Shown here in pieces: positions 50,780 through 63,390 of a stretch of DNA of 64,000 nucleotides (its first letter is position 1; every line of letters begins with the position of its first letter). The stretch is from Callorhinchus milii (Eukaryota): contig NW_024704742.1 of NCBI RefSeq assembly GCF_018977255.1, positions 50,222,001 to 50,286,000 on the forward strand. Reading direction: 5' to 3'. Under the pieces are notes generated by a model. It saw only the letters and a program-made list of their open reading frames with translations. It was not told the DNA's origin and did not search any database. A program made the translations under genes and the position numbers.

Positions 50780-51135
50780 TACCTGCATTTGATTGAAAGG
50801 ATGTCAATCAATGCTTCACAGTGTCATTTGCAGTGGCCAATTAGTGTATAGCAATTCCCACAAATAACCAATAAGTGAATGACCATTGTCCAGGACACCG
50901 AGAGAAATAAACTTTCTTTTCTTTTCAAATAATGCCATGGATCTTTAATGTTCAACTGAACAGACAGGACTTCTGTTTAACATCTCATCCATAAGATGGC
51001 ACATCCAACAATTCTGCATTGGAGCGTCAGCTAGACTATATGAGTTCAAAGTCCCAACATGGGGCCTGAAACCATACTCATCCACAACCTTCCGACTCAG
51101 AGACAAGAATGCTATCAACTGAGCCAGGCTGACAC
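50780..51135 (-). mobile_element. DeuSINE-type SINE
   Basis: Reverse complement of the same head, central domain and tail as 26425-26830. Confidence 0.8.
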
Positions 51136-51917
51136 CTTATGATTAGGGAGTATCTAAGGAGGACTATCTCCAGGACACAAAGTGGTTGAAGTGCACAATT
51201 GTAAAAAGGTTTGCATGGTCTGTGGAAGGAATAGACTTAATGAGCTGAATGCACAGTTAGAAAATGACTCACATAACAAAACTCTTTCACTGTTATTTTT
51301 AATGCTCCTATATTGCAATAGTTGACATACTGTTCTCCTATGGATAATTATTAATTTGGGAACTATCACAGCAGCATGCCTAGTTTGTGTCAATGTGAAT
51401 CAGAAAAGAAGCAACATTGCATAAACTTTGCATGACTTGACATGTAGGTGCAAATAATATTTATTTTTTGTGCGCCATACAAATTCCATTACCAGTGTTT
51501 AGATACAGCCAAATTAGTTGTGGTTTTGTGTTGCAAATTCCTACCTGTTTGTGCCTACAGGTCATGGGCCTATTTCCTGACTGGTTGAGTGTAAAGGCTT
51601 TGTAGACAAGTGTGCAACAATAACCTGGTACGTTTCCAATGCCTTATTTCTGGAATCTTATTGTAAGTTTGCTCAGTAGAGATAAGTTATAAACACAGTT
51701 AGGAATCTGAACAAACCAGATAGGAACTTGCCAAATAGGAGTCTCCTGATCCCTAACAGCAATCACCTGGCACTATATCAGTGAGGAGAATTGGAAAAGA
51801 TAATTGTTAAATAACAAAATGTTATCATAAAGTAGCTGATGCATACAGAGAATCCATAGATGGATGGTACAGACCCATTTATGCAAAGTATGATACAGAT
51901 GGATAATATAAACTCAC

Positions 51918-52190
51918 AATACAATTTACATTTATAAAGCGCCTTTCACATTGTGGGGATGTCTCAATGTATTTGATACTGCTTGCTGGGCACCCATGCT
52001 GGGGATGGGAGCTGAAGGGGATGGGGAAGGGGAAAGATGGCTGAAAGCCCAGCCAAAGAGTCACATCTTAAAATGGCCTTGAACCAGGTGAGAGAAGGAG
52101 TGAGACAGCAGGATTCCAGGATAGAGTTCCAGAGAGCGGACAGAATGGTTGAAAGTCTGCCTGCTGATGGTGGAGCATATAGGATGGGGA
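51918..52190 (-). mobile_element. Old L2 3' fragment
   Basis: ACATTTATAAAGCGCCTTTCACATTG tail; LWNS motif. Confidence 0.75.
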
Positions 52191-52354
52191 ACATAAAGCA
52201 AGTCGGTGTTCATTATTATATTCATAAATAAACACATACAAATACAATTAATCAGTAACTTCCTGTCAATAAACATTTGTGAAGGGGTGAATCACAAACT
52301 CAACCCATGACAGGTTTGCCTCCAAGACCAGGTCCCTCTGCTAGAAACAATTGT

Positions 52355-53110
52355 AACAACAACAACAACTTGCATTAATATAGAGCCTTCAACCCGGATG
52401 GCGTCTCAGAACACATAACAGTGGCGTGGTTTAACAATGATGGAGACCCGATGCTGAGCCAGAGGGAAGGAAAAGGTGACAGTAGGCACGGTCGAAGAGG
52501 AAGGTCTTCAAGCGTAACCTGCAAATTGGGAGAGAGAGGACAAGATGAAGGGATTGAGGGAGAGAGTTCCACAGCTTTGGGGTGCAGTGGCTGAAGGCAT
52601 AGCTGCCGATGGTTGAGCAGAGGGTCCAGGGAACAAGGAGGAGGCCGGAAGCAGCAGGTAGTAGTGTATGGAGAGAGCAGTTTGGAGAGATAGGGGGTGC
52701 CAGATAGGACATCAGTTGCAGCTGGAGGAAGAGAAGTAGATTTGTGTGGCACGATCGAATGCAGCAGAGAAGTCCAGGAAGATGAGGCGGCAGAGGGAGC
52801 CTTGATCACAGAAAAAGAGGACATAATTTGTTACTATGACAAACGCTGTCTCTGTGCTGTGGGCAGAGCAGAAACCAGACTGGAGGGGGTTGAGTAGGAA
52901 GTGGAGGGCGAGATATAAGCAAAGTAGGTTTGCAACAATTTGTTCCAGGGCAAGGTTGAAGGGATCAAGGGTAGGTTTTTTAAGGAGAGGAGTGATGACA
53001 GCTGTTTTGAGGGAACTGGAACTGAGCCGGAAATGAGGGACTAATTTATGGCATCTGCCAGCAGTGGGCAGAGGAGGGGGAGTTGAGTGATCAGCAGGGC
53101 ATGGAGGGGA
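52355..53110 (-). mobile_element. Internally deleted L2
   Basis: KTAVITPLLKKPTLDP, QSGF..HSTETA and LDFSAAFD, followed almost directly by the 3' end (LWNSLP, LKTFLFDRAY) and tail. Confidence 0.88.
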
Positions 53111-53299
53111 CAATCACAAATACACATTTGTGCAATGTGTGCACGTGCAATCACAAATGCACATTTAAGCATTATGTAAGTATCAGGAGGCAAATTTGAG
53201 TCATCCATTTAGACAGACCTAAATAAAAGTAATGTCTTCCGAAACACGTGTACAAAATCTCCGAAATCAAGACATTAATCTTCAAGTGAAACGCGGTAG

Positions 53300-53531
53300 C
53301 CAAATTTTGTGGGCAAAATGCGGCAGCCAATTGCGCACAGCAGTTTGAAGGGATTATTACCCCTGGAAAAACAATTCATCAATCGACTAACAACTGGGTT
53401 CCTATTTACTGCTGGGTAAACAGAGGCATGTGGAATAAGGAAACTTGTCCAACGTTTCTCCCTGCCAGAGAATCGAACCCAGATCCTCTCGCTTGCTGGG
53501 CGAGTGCTTTAACCACTAAGTTACAGGACTC
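53300..53531 (-). mobile_element. tRNA-Ala SINE (long form), partial
   Basis: Head and central domain match 29784-29970. Confidence 0.85.
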
Positions 53532-54202
53532 TATGATATATTGTAAAGTGGAGTGTACTTTTACTTTAATGTGTATTTTGTGGGCTAGTATAAATATTAT
53601 TCTTTAATGGAATCAAAAATGAAACATCAGTTGTTTGATAAACAAAAATAAGCAAAGGCCGTGTGCAATCTAAACAGGGAAAGCAAATTAAAATCCTGTA
53701 AATAAATGTACCCATTCAAAAATAGAGCTCACCTGAGCAGGAGGGAAATTGGATGCTCTTTACTTGTATCCCTGTCTGCAGTGGCTGGCCTACTGCTGGT
53801 TCTTGCTGATCAGGCTGCCTGACAGTACAGTGCTTCATTGACCTTAAAGCAATGCTACATAATAAAATCGCTGACTCCTGATGTCCCTTCTGGGTGCCTG
53901 GAAGGTCACAGGCCCATACGGGCAGAGGTAACCTTCTCTGCCAGTGGTAAAATAGTCCTAATAGGTCCTAAAGTACTATTGGTTTGGATGTTGATCCCTC
54001 TGTGCTCCTGAGCATCCCTTCCTTCCCCACTTGGAAATGCTGGCAATGGACCACTGCACATATGATGATGTTCCGGTTTGAAAAGTGCTAAACTGTTCAT
54101 TGCTCTCACACTCACAAATGCCCACCTTTATTATTCTCACTAACTCTGCATCAGAACCAGATTAAATTATTCACCAGATCATAAAGATGATGATCATGAA
54201 GA

Positions 54203-54585
54203 TCCCACATCGGGATTTGGAATACCTAGCCTAAGCTGAAGCTCCAATGATTTGCTGGAGGGGAGGAGGGTGCCATCCTTTGAATGAGATGTTAAATCAA
54301 GGTCCTGTCTGCCTGTTCAGGTGGACGTTAAAGATCCCAGGGCACTATTCAAAAAGAGAAGGGAGTTTCTCCCGGTGTTCTGGCCAACAAATCCTCAAAA
54401 TAAAATTGATCGCTCACTCAATGGCTGTTTGTGGGACATTGCTGTAAGCTGCCATGTTTCTCCCACAAAATACCATGTTTCTCCCACAAAATACAAAGTC
54501 ATTCCACTTTACAGTATATCCTGTGAGGCACTTTGAGATGCCTTGATGACGTGATAAGGTGCTATATCAATTCAAGAATTATTAT
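54203..54585 (+). mobile_element. DeuSINE-type SINE, head missing
   Basis: GAGATGTTAAATCAAGGTCCTGTCTGCCTGTTCAGGTGGACGTTAAAGATCCCAGGGCACTATTC. Internal 21-bp tandem duplication at about 54452-54493. Confidence 0.85.
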
Positions 54586-54927
54586 AATAATAATAATATT
54601 ATGATATTATTGATAAGAGAAACTCAAATGAAAAGGACCCATTTACTCTCACCATGCAAAATATCACCTTCTCGTTGCAGAATCAAAGTGTTTCTTCAAT
54701 AAATCCAGGTCACCTGTCAAAATATTTTTTCAACCGTAGTATCTAGTATTATACAAAGTTGACAGCACGGAATAAGGCCATCATGCAGTTGCCTCCTCCC
54801 CAACTAAAAATATTTATTCTAAAGTATTATTGATACAGTTCCATCTTGATGTCTTTTAAAAGGGCCTTAGAAAGTTATTTTTTATTTCTTTCACTAGTTG
54901 GTTTATTCTGTTTTTACCCATAAAATG

Positions 54928-55332
54928 TATGTCAGCCTGATCAGTGGTCGCACTTTTGCTTTTGAGTCAGACGGTAGCTAGTTCAAGCCCCATGGCGAGA
55001 CCTGAACTCATATAGTCTAAACTGATATTCCAATGCAGTGCTTGGGGTGTGTTGCATTACCTGAGGTGCTGTCCTTCAGATGAAACATTAAACTTCCCTG
55101 TTTAGGTGGATGGAAAAGAACCCATGGCCTATTTCAATGGATTTCTCCTGGTATTCTGGCCAAAATAAAATCGGTCATTTTTTTCTTGGCTGTTTGTGGG
55201 ATAATGTTTGTGCAATTCGACTGTTCTGTTTGCTTGCAAATATAAAGTCACTCCACTTCACAGTAAATCTTGTGAAATGTGTTGGGATATCTTCTCAATG
55301 TGAAAGGTGCTATTCTAAATCCAATGATTATT
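54928..55332 (+). mobile_element. DeuSINE-type SINE, diverged
   Basis: Degenerate head, central domain and tail. Confidence 0.75.
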
Positions 55333-55944
55333 GTGAATTTTGTCAGTTCTCTGTGCAGATGTTACATCACTTTGTGTCAAATCTTTCTCTGTCCAGACAT
55401 ATTTTTGCATAACAGCAACAAGTTGGATTTATATAGCACCTTATATAAATTCAAATAAATATCTAACTGCAGGATAGCATCTTGTGGTGTGGATGCACGC
55501 TGAGCAAGGGAGAAGGAGGAGATGACCATAGTTGAAGAGGTAGGCCATAAACAGTAGCATATTAAGAATAAGTAAGAATGGATAGAGGAGTTGTGATCAC
55601 AAATAATTCATTGGTGAGATCAGCTGACATTCGCCAGTTTACTCAAGTCTACATTTTCATTAAAATGGGCAAACTGAGGATTTTTGCTCTCTCTTGCTCT
55701 TTCAATGTCTCTATTGATGTATTTACTGATGATGTCTCCAGCCCCTCCTCGAATCAGAAGAAGCACTTTTGATGGTGAAGTCTGAAATCATACACAGTAA
55801 ACTCCTTTTGCTTGATGCTTCAAGTTTGAATAGCAGATTCAGCTGACAGATATTTTCATAAGGATGAGGGTAAACCAAAAATCTGAGTTCATGCAAATAT
55901 CTGATCCAATTAAATCTGGGTATATGTTCAATGCAAGTCTTATG

Positions 55945-56165
55945 GGGAGAAATTCTGCATAACTCTAGTTTTAATCTGTGTATGTAGCATTTGAGAAAGT
56001 CTAGAACTTGTCAAATTGTTAGATCTAGTTTTAACTTAAATTATTTAAATTCTGTAAGGATTTACAGAAAATTGGCTTCAAAATTAACACTGTATTTAAA
56101 TATTAGCCAAATTCTGGATGCTCTGAAATGCTACATAGCCTAAATATAGATCCAAGAGAAATTAC
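55945..56165. mobile_element. Palindromic MITE-like element (copy 2)
   Basis: TATGTAGCATTT (from 55981) pairs with AAATGCTACATA (to 56137). Homologous to 17839-18050. Confidence 0.65.
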
Positions 56166-57220
56166 CTCAGTCATGCTTTGTACTTATGGGACTCTGTTAT
56201 TCTTTTATCGAAAGTAAAATATTTATGTTAAAAATGGATGAACTGAATTATTATCTTATGCAGAAGGTTATGGAAGCCATTAGTTATTTGAAATCCTCTT
56301 CTATGTTGCACCACTCGGGATAGAGCAAGTGAACTTAAGGTGAATTGATGTGATAATTGAATATGTATTATAAGGTATTAAAAAGGCTTTTACTTTACAA
56401 CATGAACAGAGTTTCTGAAATTACTATCACCGTGATATTCAAAACATGAAAGAATGAAAACTTAAAGTACTCATGTTGCTATCAAGGAGTACCCAAAGCA
56501 AAATACAATGCAGTATAGTTTATATTTATATAGTGCCTTTCAAGTTGGGAGGATGTCTCAAAGCATTTAAATGAAGAACATTTGAATGTGTGATGAACTG
56601 ATCACATTTAGAAACACTATCAACCAAATTCGAATGAGAGGCAAATGATGAGAATCAGCGTTCACAAATTCAGAGGAATTTGTTAAAGTTAGTTTACAAA
56701 AACAAATACACAGTCTTTGCATTGAAGCACTTCAAGATGTTTCGATGTGATAAGGAGCTAAATCAAATTCAAATATTATCATTATAATTATTACGTAGAG
56801 GTTTGTGGGAAAGTCTGTTTCATTCGTGAAAAGAAAGAAAAGTGGAAGAGAATATTGCAAATGTTAATTATGGCATTTGGAAAAGTGAAGATTAGCAGCA
56901 ATGCAATACAATAGGAAATACGACCACTTTTTTACTGGAACGGATGAGGGAAAAACTCAATAAATCCACTGACTCAGACTTTCATTTGCATTTACACTTG
57001 CATATAAAGAAGCCGATTCAGTTTAATTTGACCAAAATGGGAGAGAATGGTCAAACTGAGTTAAAACAATATCTTAGCTCAGCAGAATCTTTCATCTTTA
57101 CGTAATATCAGTCTCCTGGGCTTCCATTGTACATTTATCATTTATTCAATATAGTCCTTTCTTCAAGTTCAAATAAAGTTCAGGACACAGATGAATGAAC
57201 CAAAGCAATTTATTATCACA

Positions 57221-57983
57221 CAACTGCATAGGCCAGCAGGTAATTCACTCTATAAACAATTTCATTCAAGGTACGTATTCTGAGGCCAAGCTTGATGTTT
57301 CAGAACTTGTTTTTTTGGTTCCTGGGTCTTAAATACGGAACATGTATAAGAAAAAGTTAATAAGTCGCAATTTTAAACACACCTAGACACAACTCTGCGT
57401 GACGAGGATTATGAAATTGTTGATGTTGTTCCTCTCCAGCCTATTCCTGTGCTGTATAATAAAGTTAAGCTCTGATTATTTTAAGACATTCCTTTATCAC
57501 TGAATTGCCTTGTAATGAACAATCAATGAATATATTAATGTATACGAAGAGGATTCATGGGGATTACAGACACTTATACAATTTGGTTTTAGTAATTGGT
57601 AGTACCCAGGATTAGATTGCTGATACCTTTCATCTAGGAGAGTAGGCTCTATCACTAAAAGAAAGTGCATAAACTACACTTAGCAACCTTCTACTACGTA
57701 ATAACTGAGATCGCTCTTCAGTGAATCGAAAAAGCTAAGATCTTTATTGCCAATAGGTGTTCCGCAACTTGAAGTCTCACCTTTAAAGTGGAGAGACGTC
57801 ATTTTCAATGGTTGTGAGGAAACACTTCTTGTCTTGCGACTTATTAACTGTTTCTTATACATGTTCCATATTTAAGACCCGGGAACCAAAAAAACGAGTC
57901 CTGAAACATCAAGCTTGGCCTTAGAATATGTACCTTGAATGAAATTGTTTACAGAGTGAATTACCTGCTGACTTATGCAGTTG
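57221..57983. repeat. 763-bp segment with 150-bp terminal inverted repeats (possible non-autonomous DNA transposon or inverted duplication)
   Basis: 57221-57370 versus the reverse complement of 57834-57983: 140/150 identical, no indels; 463-bp spacer. Confidence 0.9.
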
Positions 57984-58008
57984 GTGGACATCTGGAACAA
58001 CCTCTCAA

Positions 58009-58722
58009 ATACAACAACAAGATAACATTTGTATAGCGCCTTTCACGTCGGGAGGATGTCCCAAGGCGATGGACAGTGTACAGCATTTCAGACCCGAGCT
58101 GGGGTCAGGGAAGGAGAAGGGAGGGGAGGGGAAGGGACGTGGCAGATGGCATGGCCAAAGAGGAGGGTTTTGAGTTGGGACTTGAAGGAGACTAAGGAGG
58201 GGGCGAGGTGGAGTGACTGGGGGATGGAATTCCAGAGGTTGGGAGCAGAGGGGCTGAAGGCTCTCCCGCCAATGGTGGGGTGGGTGGGTCGGGGCACGTG
58301 GAGCAGGCCGGAGCCGGCTGAGCGGAGAGAGCAAGGGGGTTGGTAGGGGGTTAGGAGGTCACAAAGATAGGGTGGGACGAGGCCATGGAGGGCTTTGTAG
58401 GTGAGGATCAGGATCTTGAACTGGATCCTCTGAAGGATAGAGAGCCAATGGAGTCGGGCGAGAGTGAGGGAAATAGGGTCACAGAATTTGGTGCAGGAGA
58501 GGACACGGGCTGCAGAGTTCTGGATTATCTGCAGCCTGTGGAGGGAGGAGTTGGGAAGGCCGACAAGCAGGGGGTTTGCATAGTCGAGCCTGGAGGTGAT
58601 GAAGGCATGAACAAGAGTTTCAGTGGCCTGAGGGGTGAGGTAGTGGCAGAGTCGGGCGATGTTATGGAGGTGAGGGAAGGCAGAGAGGGTCACGGCTTGG
58701 ATGTGGGGAAGAAAAGACAGTT
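58009..58722 (-). mobile_element. L2 LINE, 5'-truncated
   Basis: ORF 58088-58693 contains LVHAFITSRLDYAN...LHWLSILQRIQFKIL...LWNSIP. Same subfamily as 21746-22090. Confidence 0.95.
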
Positions 58723-59289
58723 GTTAACAAGGGGAAAGCAGGGTAAAGAAATCAATAGATAGGAATTAATTAATAGGTCCTTGTGTTGCTGGAGGCTCGT
58801 CCCTTCTTGGAGCATATTCAATTGCCTTCAGGAATTAGGGAGGAATTATAGCGACTGACTGAATCTTACAGAATTGGCCTTGGGGATATTTTTCTTCTCC
58901 TTTCAGAGAGGACTGATAAGCCAACGACACGAGAGAAGTGTAGTTAAGAGTGTAGAATAGAAGATGGAATGGGGGAACTACCCCAGGACTCAATGGGTCT
59001 CTGGCCTGTTTTCTGCTCTTTCCTTTCCTATCTATATAGATTAGTTAACAGCTACAATCGCTGTTGCTGTTTGTTTGTGCAGTCACAAGGCATGGCTGGA
59101 AACGTAACTTAATGAAAGTGGGGATAAGCACTTGCACTTAGTACTGAGTAGTTCAAAGTATCTGAATAATGCTAAACCATGTAGAAAACAGCAGTCAATG
59201 GCTCTACCAGCTAAACTGAGAAACATGTCTACTGAAAAGAAAAATGTAAATGACTGTTTTGTGACACATGTTCCAGATTATGAGTATTG

Positions 59290-59485
59290 GGATTTGAAAG
59301 TCACGCAAAACCAAGACAGAGGAACAAGAGAGCGCAGGTTCAGGGTTGCCAAGGGCATTTTCAGGAGAGACACCAGGAAATATTTATTTATCCAGAGGGT
59401 AATTAACAACTGGAACAAGTTACCAGCAGTAGATGAGCCAAGACACAGGACTCATTTAAGAATTAGCTTGATGCTGAACTAGGAG
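59290..59485 (+). mobile_element. Old CR1 3' fragment
   Basis: RKYLFIQRVINNWNKLP in ORF 59132-59482. Confidence 0.8.
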
Positions 59486-59486
59486 G

Positions 59487-59833
59487 ACTGTGTAGTGGGT
59501 ATTCTGAGAGATCTGGGTTCAATTCCCAGCAGGGCGAAATGTTGGGCAAGTTTCCTTACTCCCCATGTCTCTGTTTACCTAGCACTAAGTAGGAACCCGA
59601 TTGTTAGTCGATTGGCGGATCGCTTTTCTGGGGTAATAATTCGTACACAAAAAAAAATTGGTCACTTCAATCCACAACTCTTTATAGGACACTGCTGTGT
59701 GCAATTGGCTGCCACGTTTTGTCCACAAAATATACAGTCAATTCACTTTGCAGTATATTCTATGAAGCGCTTTGAGACGTCTCGAAGACGTGATAAGGCT
59801 CTATATCAAATACAAAGATTATTATTATATTAT
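59487..59833 (+). mobile_element. tRNA-Ala SINE, long form
   Basis: GGTTCAATTCCC B box, central domain, (TTA)n tail. Confidence 0.9.
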
Positions 59834-61163
59834 TAAAGATCTGGAGTAGAAACATTTACAGGTACTGGTAATGACAGAGCTTCTCATACCACAATATAAA
59901 TATTATAGTTTAATCTTCACCCAGGTCAAACACTGAGCATTGCCGCTACAAGCAACATGTGAAAGCATGTGATGTGAAAAGAAAAAGTGAAAACGTGGAG
60001 AAACGTGACCTCTGAGACATTTTTTCTATCAGTTCATCAAGCTGTTTAATATGATCTATAGAATGTGCTGAAATAGTTCAGCAGTAAAGACTATTTTAGC
60101 AAATAATAAGCATTTTTGCGTGCTTAATTTTTTTAATATAAATTTTTGAAAAAGTATTTTGGACCATAATTGGAATGTCAGCATAAGTTACATACTTTCC
60201 AATAGGGTTACATGGCTACAATTCTGATGTCAATATTGTTCTCTGATATGATTAAGAAGTTATGCTTCTTCAAATCAGCAGTTTATAAGCAAAATGACAA
60301 ATACTTATTTCTGAAAGCATTGTAAATTCAACAAAAACTCACCATCAATTGTAGTTGTCTTTTGCTAGGAAACTTAAAAAAAAGCTAAAGATTTATTCAA
60401 ACATTATTATATATAAGACCGTACCTTTGACCACCCTCCTACCCCTACCCTCCCTGACCTATTAAAAATATCTACTGTGAATTTTGGAGAAAATAATAAC
60501 ATACAACTCCTTTGGGAATATATATTAATATTAGCAGATTTTATTTTAACAATTTTATATCTTTGTCTCTTTACAGCTTGTAAATATTTTAGTGTGCTTA
60601 TTATCCAATATTTTTGTTCATTCCATGTGTACTTTTCTCTTAATAATGGTTGACTTTGCATTTCTTTTGATGTGCATTTATATAATTAATAGTTTAATTT
60701 TCCCATTACTATACTCTCCTATTGGCCTGTATCTATTTCATAATTATGCTTACCTATTTATTTTCAAGGTTTATTTGGCATTTTTTAAATGTATTGCAGT
60801 TTGATTTCTTTGTTTCATCTGTATTTCTTCCTTTTCCAATGCATATATTGTGCATTTCAATGTAAAGATGACTGCTACAATTATTGAAGTCTTCTTGGTC
60901 TATTGTCTCGTCATTTTATATTGTACAGAATTTTGATTCTTAAATTGTTTTAACTTGGAACCCAATGAACTGAGGCTCTTGAATACAAACCGTGGAAAAT
61001 CAGCTTCGACATCAAGAATTAATTCACAAATTTGCAAAAATCTTATTAAATTATAATTGAATTATATTAAAATTAGATTGTACTACATTAAATTTTAAGG
61101 CAATGAACTGAAGACTAAAACTCTGAGAAATGTTGCTACCTGCTTACTGAGACATGAACTCAC

Positions 61164-61240
61164 CAGGTTCATGCCAAAACTGTGTCCTTGCAAAAAAAAC
61201 CCTGAAGAGCTTCCATTCACTGTTGTTGATCTGGTCGTCT
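61164..61240 (-). other. Candidate 77-nt exon
   Basis: atgtaatttag|AGACGA...AACCTG|gtgagt. Open frames include DDQINNSEWKLFRVFFARTQFWHEP. Confidence 0.18.
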
Positions 61241-62074
61241 CTAAATTACATCTCACTTTGCATGTCCACAAGTGCATATCTCCTATTCTGTTTGCTGACA
61301 ATATAATTCTGCCAAATGCAATTACAAACTCCCAATCAACGCACAGAATCAAACATTACTGGAACCTTAAGATATTTTTAGTCACTGAACAAAATGGTCA
61401 AAGAAATAGACTTTGAATGCCTGTTTAGACAATAAAAATAGTTCAGCACCAAATAACACCTAAACAGGTCACTTAATATCCTTACAGAAAATTACAGTGT
61501 GCAAAACATGGTCATAGTTTCATCCCCAACAACCTATTGTTGTCAGCAACAAGTCACATTAGCTGAAGGTGCCTTTTGTAAAGTGAATATCAGGAATCTA
61601 AAGGCTAAATCATGATCACACAGTGATAGAATTAGATGTCTTTATGAGATAAAAGAAGATCGAGAGGGATTTTAGGTGGTCTATTTGAAGTACCTTAAAC
61701 TTTTTAATGTTATTTGATTGGTTATCACACCCCTGCCTCTTTAATAGCCATAAAGTAATCAGCATTCACTGCAGGTTAGCAGACAACTGCATAATGTTGA
61801 CTTGAGACCATCTGTAGAGCTCTGAGTAGTTCTTTAGAAGGAGAGATTTTAGTGCAAAATATGAATGGTGATAATTCACTACAAAAGTATAAATCAGGTA
61901 TTAAATAGCTCCTTCAAAAATATGTTCTCATCAATCTTTTTATTTGGTCACAATAGGATTCACAAAGGATTTGAAAACATTGTAGCTTGCCAGATTTAAG
62001 ATGCTGTGTGCACCAAGCTGACTCCTGAGAATTCAGTCAATCTTCTTCAGGGTGCGATAGAGCAGAGTTCTTAC

Positions 62075-62218
62075 AAATCCTCCTCTTCGACCCCATCCTA
62101 TTCTCCCTGCCCTCCATCTTCCGTGATGTCAACCCCTCGGGTCCAAGTCCCTGACTGGCCAGTGCCTTGGAACATCCTCCCGACGTGAAAGGCGCTATAC
62201 AAATGTAATTTATTGGTG
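62075..62218 (+). mobile_element. L2 3' tail fragment
   Basis: GCCTTGGAACATCCTCCCGACGTGAAAGGCGCTATACAAATGTAATTT. Confidence 0.85.
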
Positions 62219-63390
62219 TTTCCGATCCCCTTTGAAACTGATACCGTTTTGATCCCTATCACGATAGTTTGGCACACAGCAAAGGATAATCCCGTATTCA
62301 AACGGTTAAATAGAGAAGGGTTACCTAGCGGTTCACAATTGTTCTTCTTAATACGAAATATAGAAACAAATCAAATCGCTAAGGCTTCATAATTATTATA
62401 ATTAAGATTGGGTGAAACTGGCAGACCATTGTGGTACACTTACGAATGTATCCAGTAACTTGGTATACAACAAGAACTTTCATTTACATAACGACCTTCA
62501 CACGGGTGTATTATTCAGCACAACATGCACACATCGGTGTCTGCAAAGAATCATCATCAAAACAATTTTATAAACCACCCACTATATGCCAAAATTAGCA
62601 GGTGCAATTAGCAGATAGACCAAGCTGCCTGCAAAACCTCCACAGAAGTTACATTCTGGCATTTTCAAACAGCATTTCCGTATGAGGTAGAAAATATGAT
62701 ATTATTTGCAAGGTTTTATTTTCCCCTATTGATGCATAATAAAATGCTTAACCCTTTTGCATGGCTTTTCTTAAAATGAATCATCCCAGATATATAAGCT
62801 GGATCCTCACTGGCAAAATCCCAGGTATAAAATGCCTTATCTCAAGGAGTCTGCCCAACCTCATTGCAATAGGTTACCATCTGATTAGAATACCAGCCTC
62901 AACCCCATAAAGACATAACCTTTCAATCTAGGCTGTGGATGTCAACATTAACACTAGATTTTTGGCACTTTCTATTCCACTTCCTTCACCACCCACCTTC
63001 CTTGTTTGCCACAGAATACTAAATAGACAGTATTGTATCCAGTGTAGCCTGAACCATGCATGGAAAACATATCTGAAACTAGCCTAAAATGGACTATTTT
63101 AGTAAAGTAAATCTGAAGCTACCCTAAAATGGGTTATTCTGGTAATGGTAAAAGTATACAATGGGTGTGAGTTTGATTGATTGCAACAACAAAGAGCAAA
63201 ATAGATATAAATTGAAAGATTGAGAAAATGTGTTCTAACCTGCAAGAGTTATATAAGGATTAGAATTCTGGTATTTCTAAACACACTCCTGTCTTTAGTT
63301 ATTGCCAAAAAATAATTAAGGAACAACATGGAAATTATGGGTGAAATATATCCTTAAAACTGATTTGCATAGTTCTCCTTAAACCTGATT

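Noticed and set aside
63071..63151. Diverged ~40-bp tandem duplication (and small ones at about 16793, 29271, 34411, 44247)
   Set aside because: Ordinary slippage-type duplications with no further structure.
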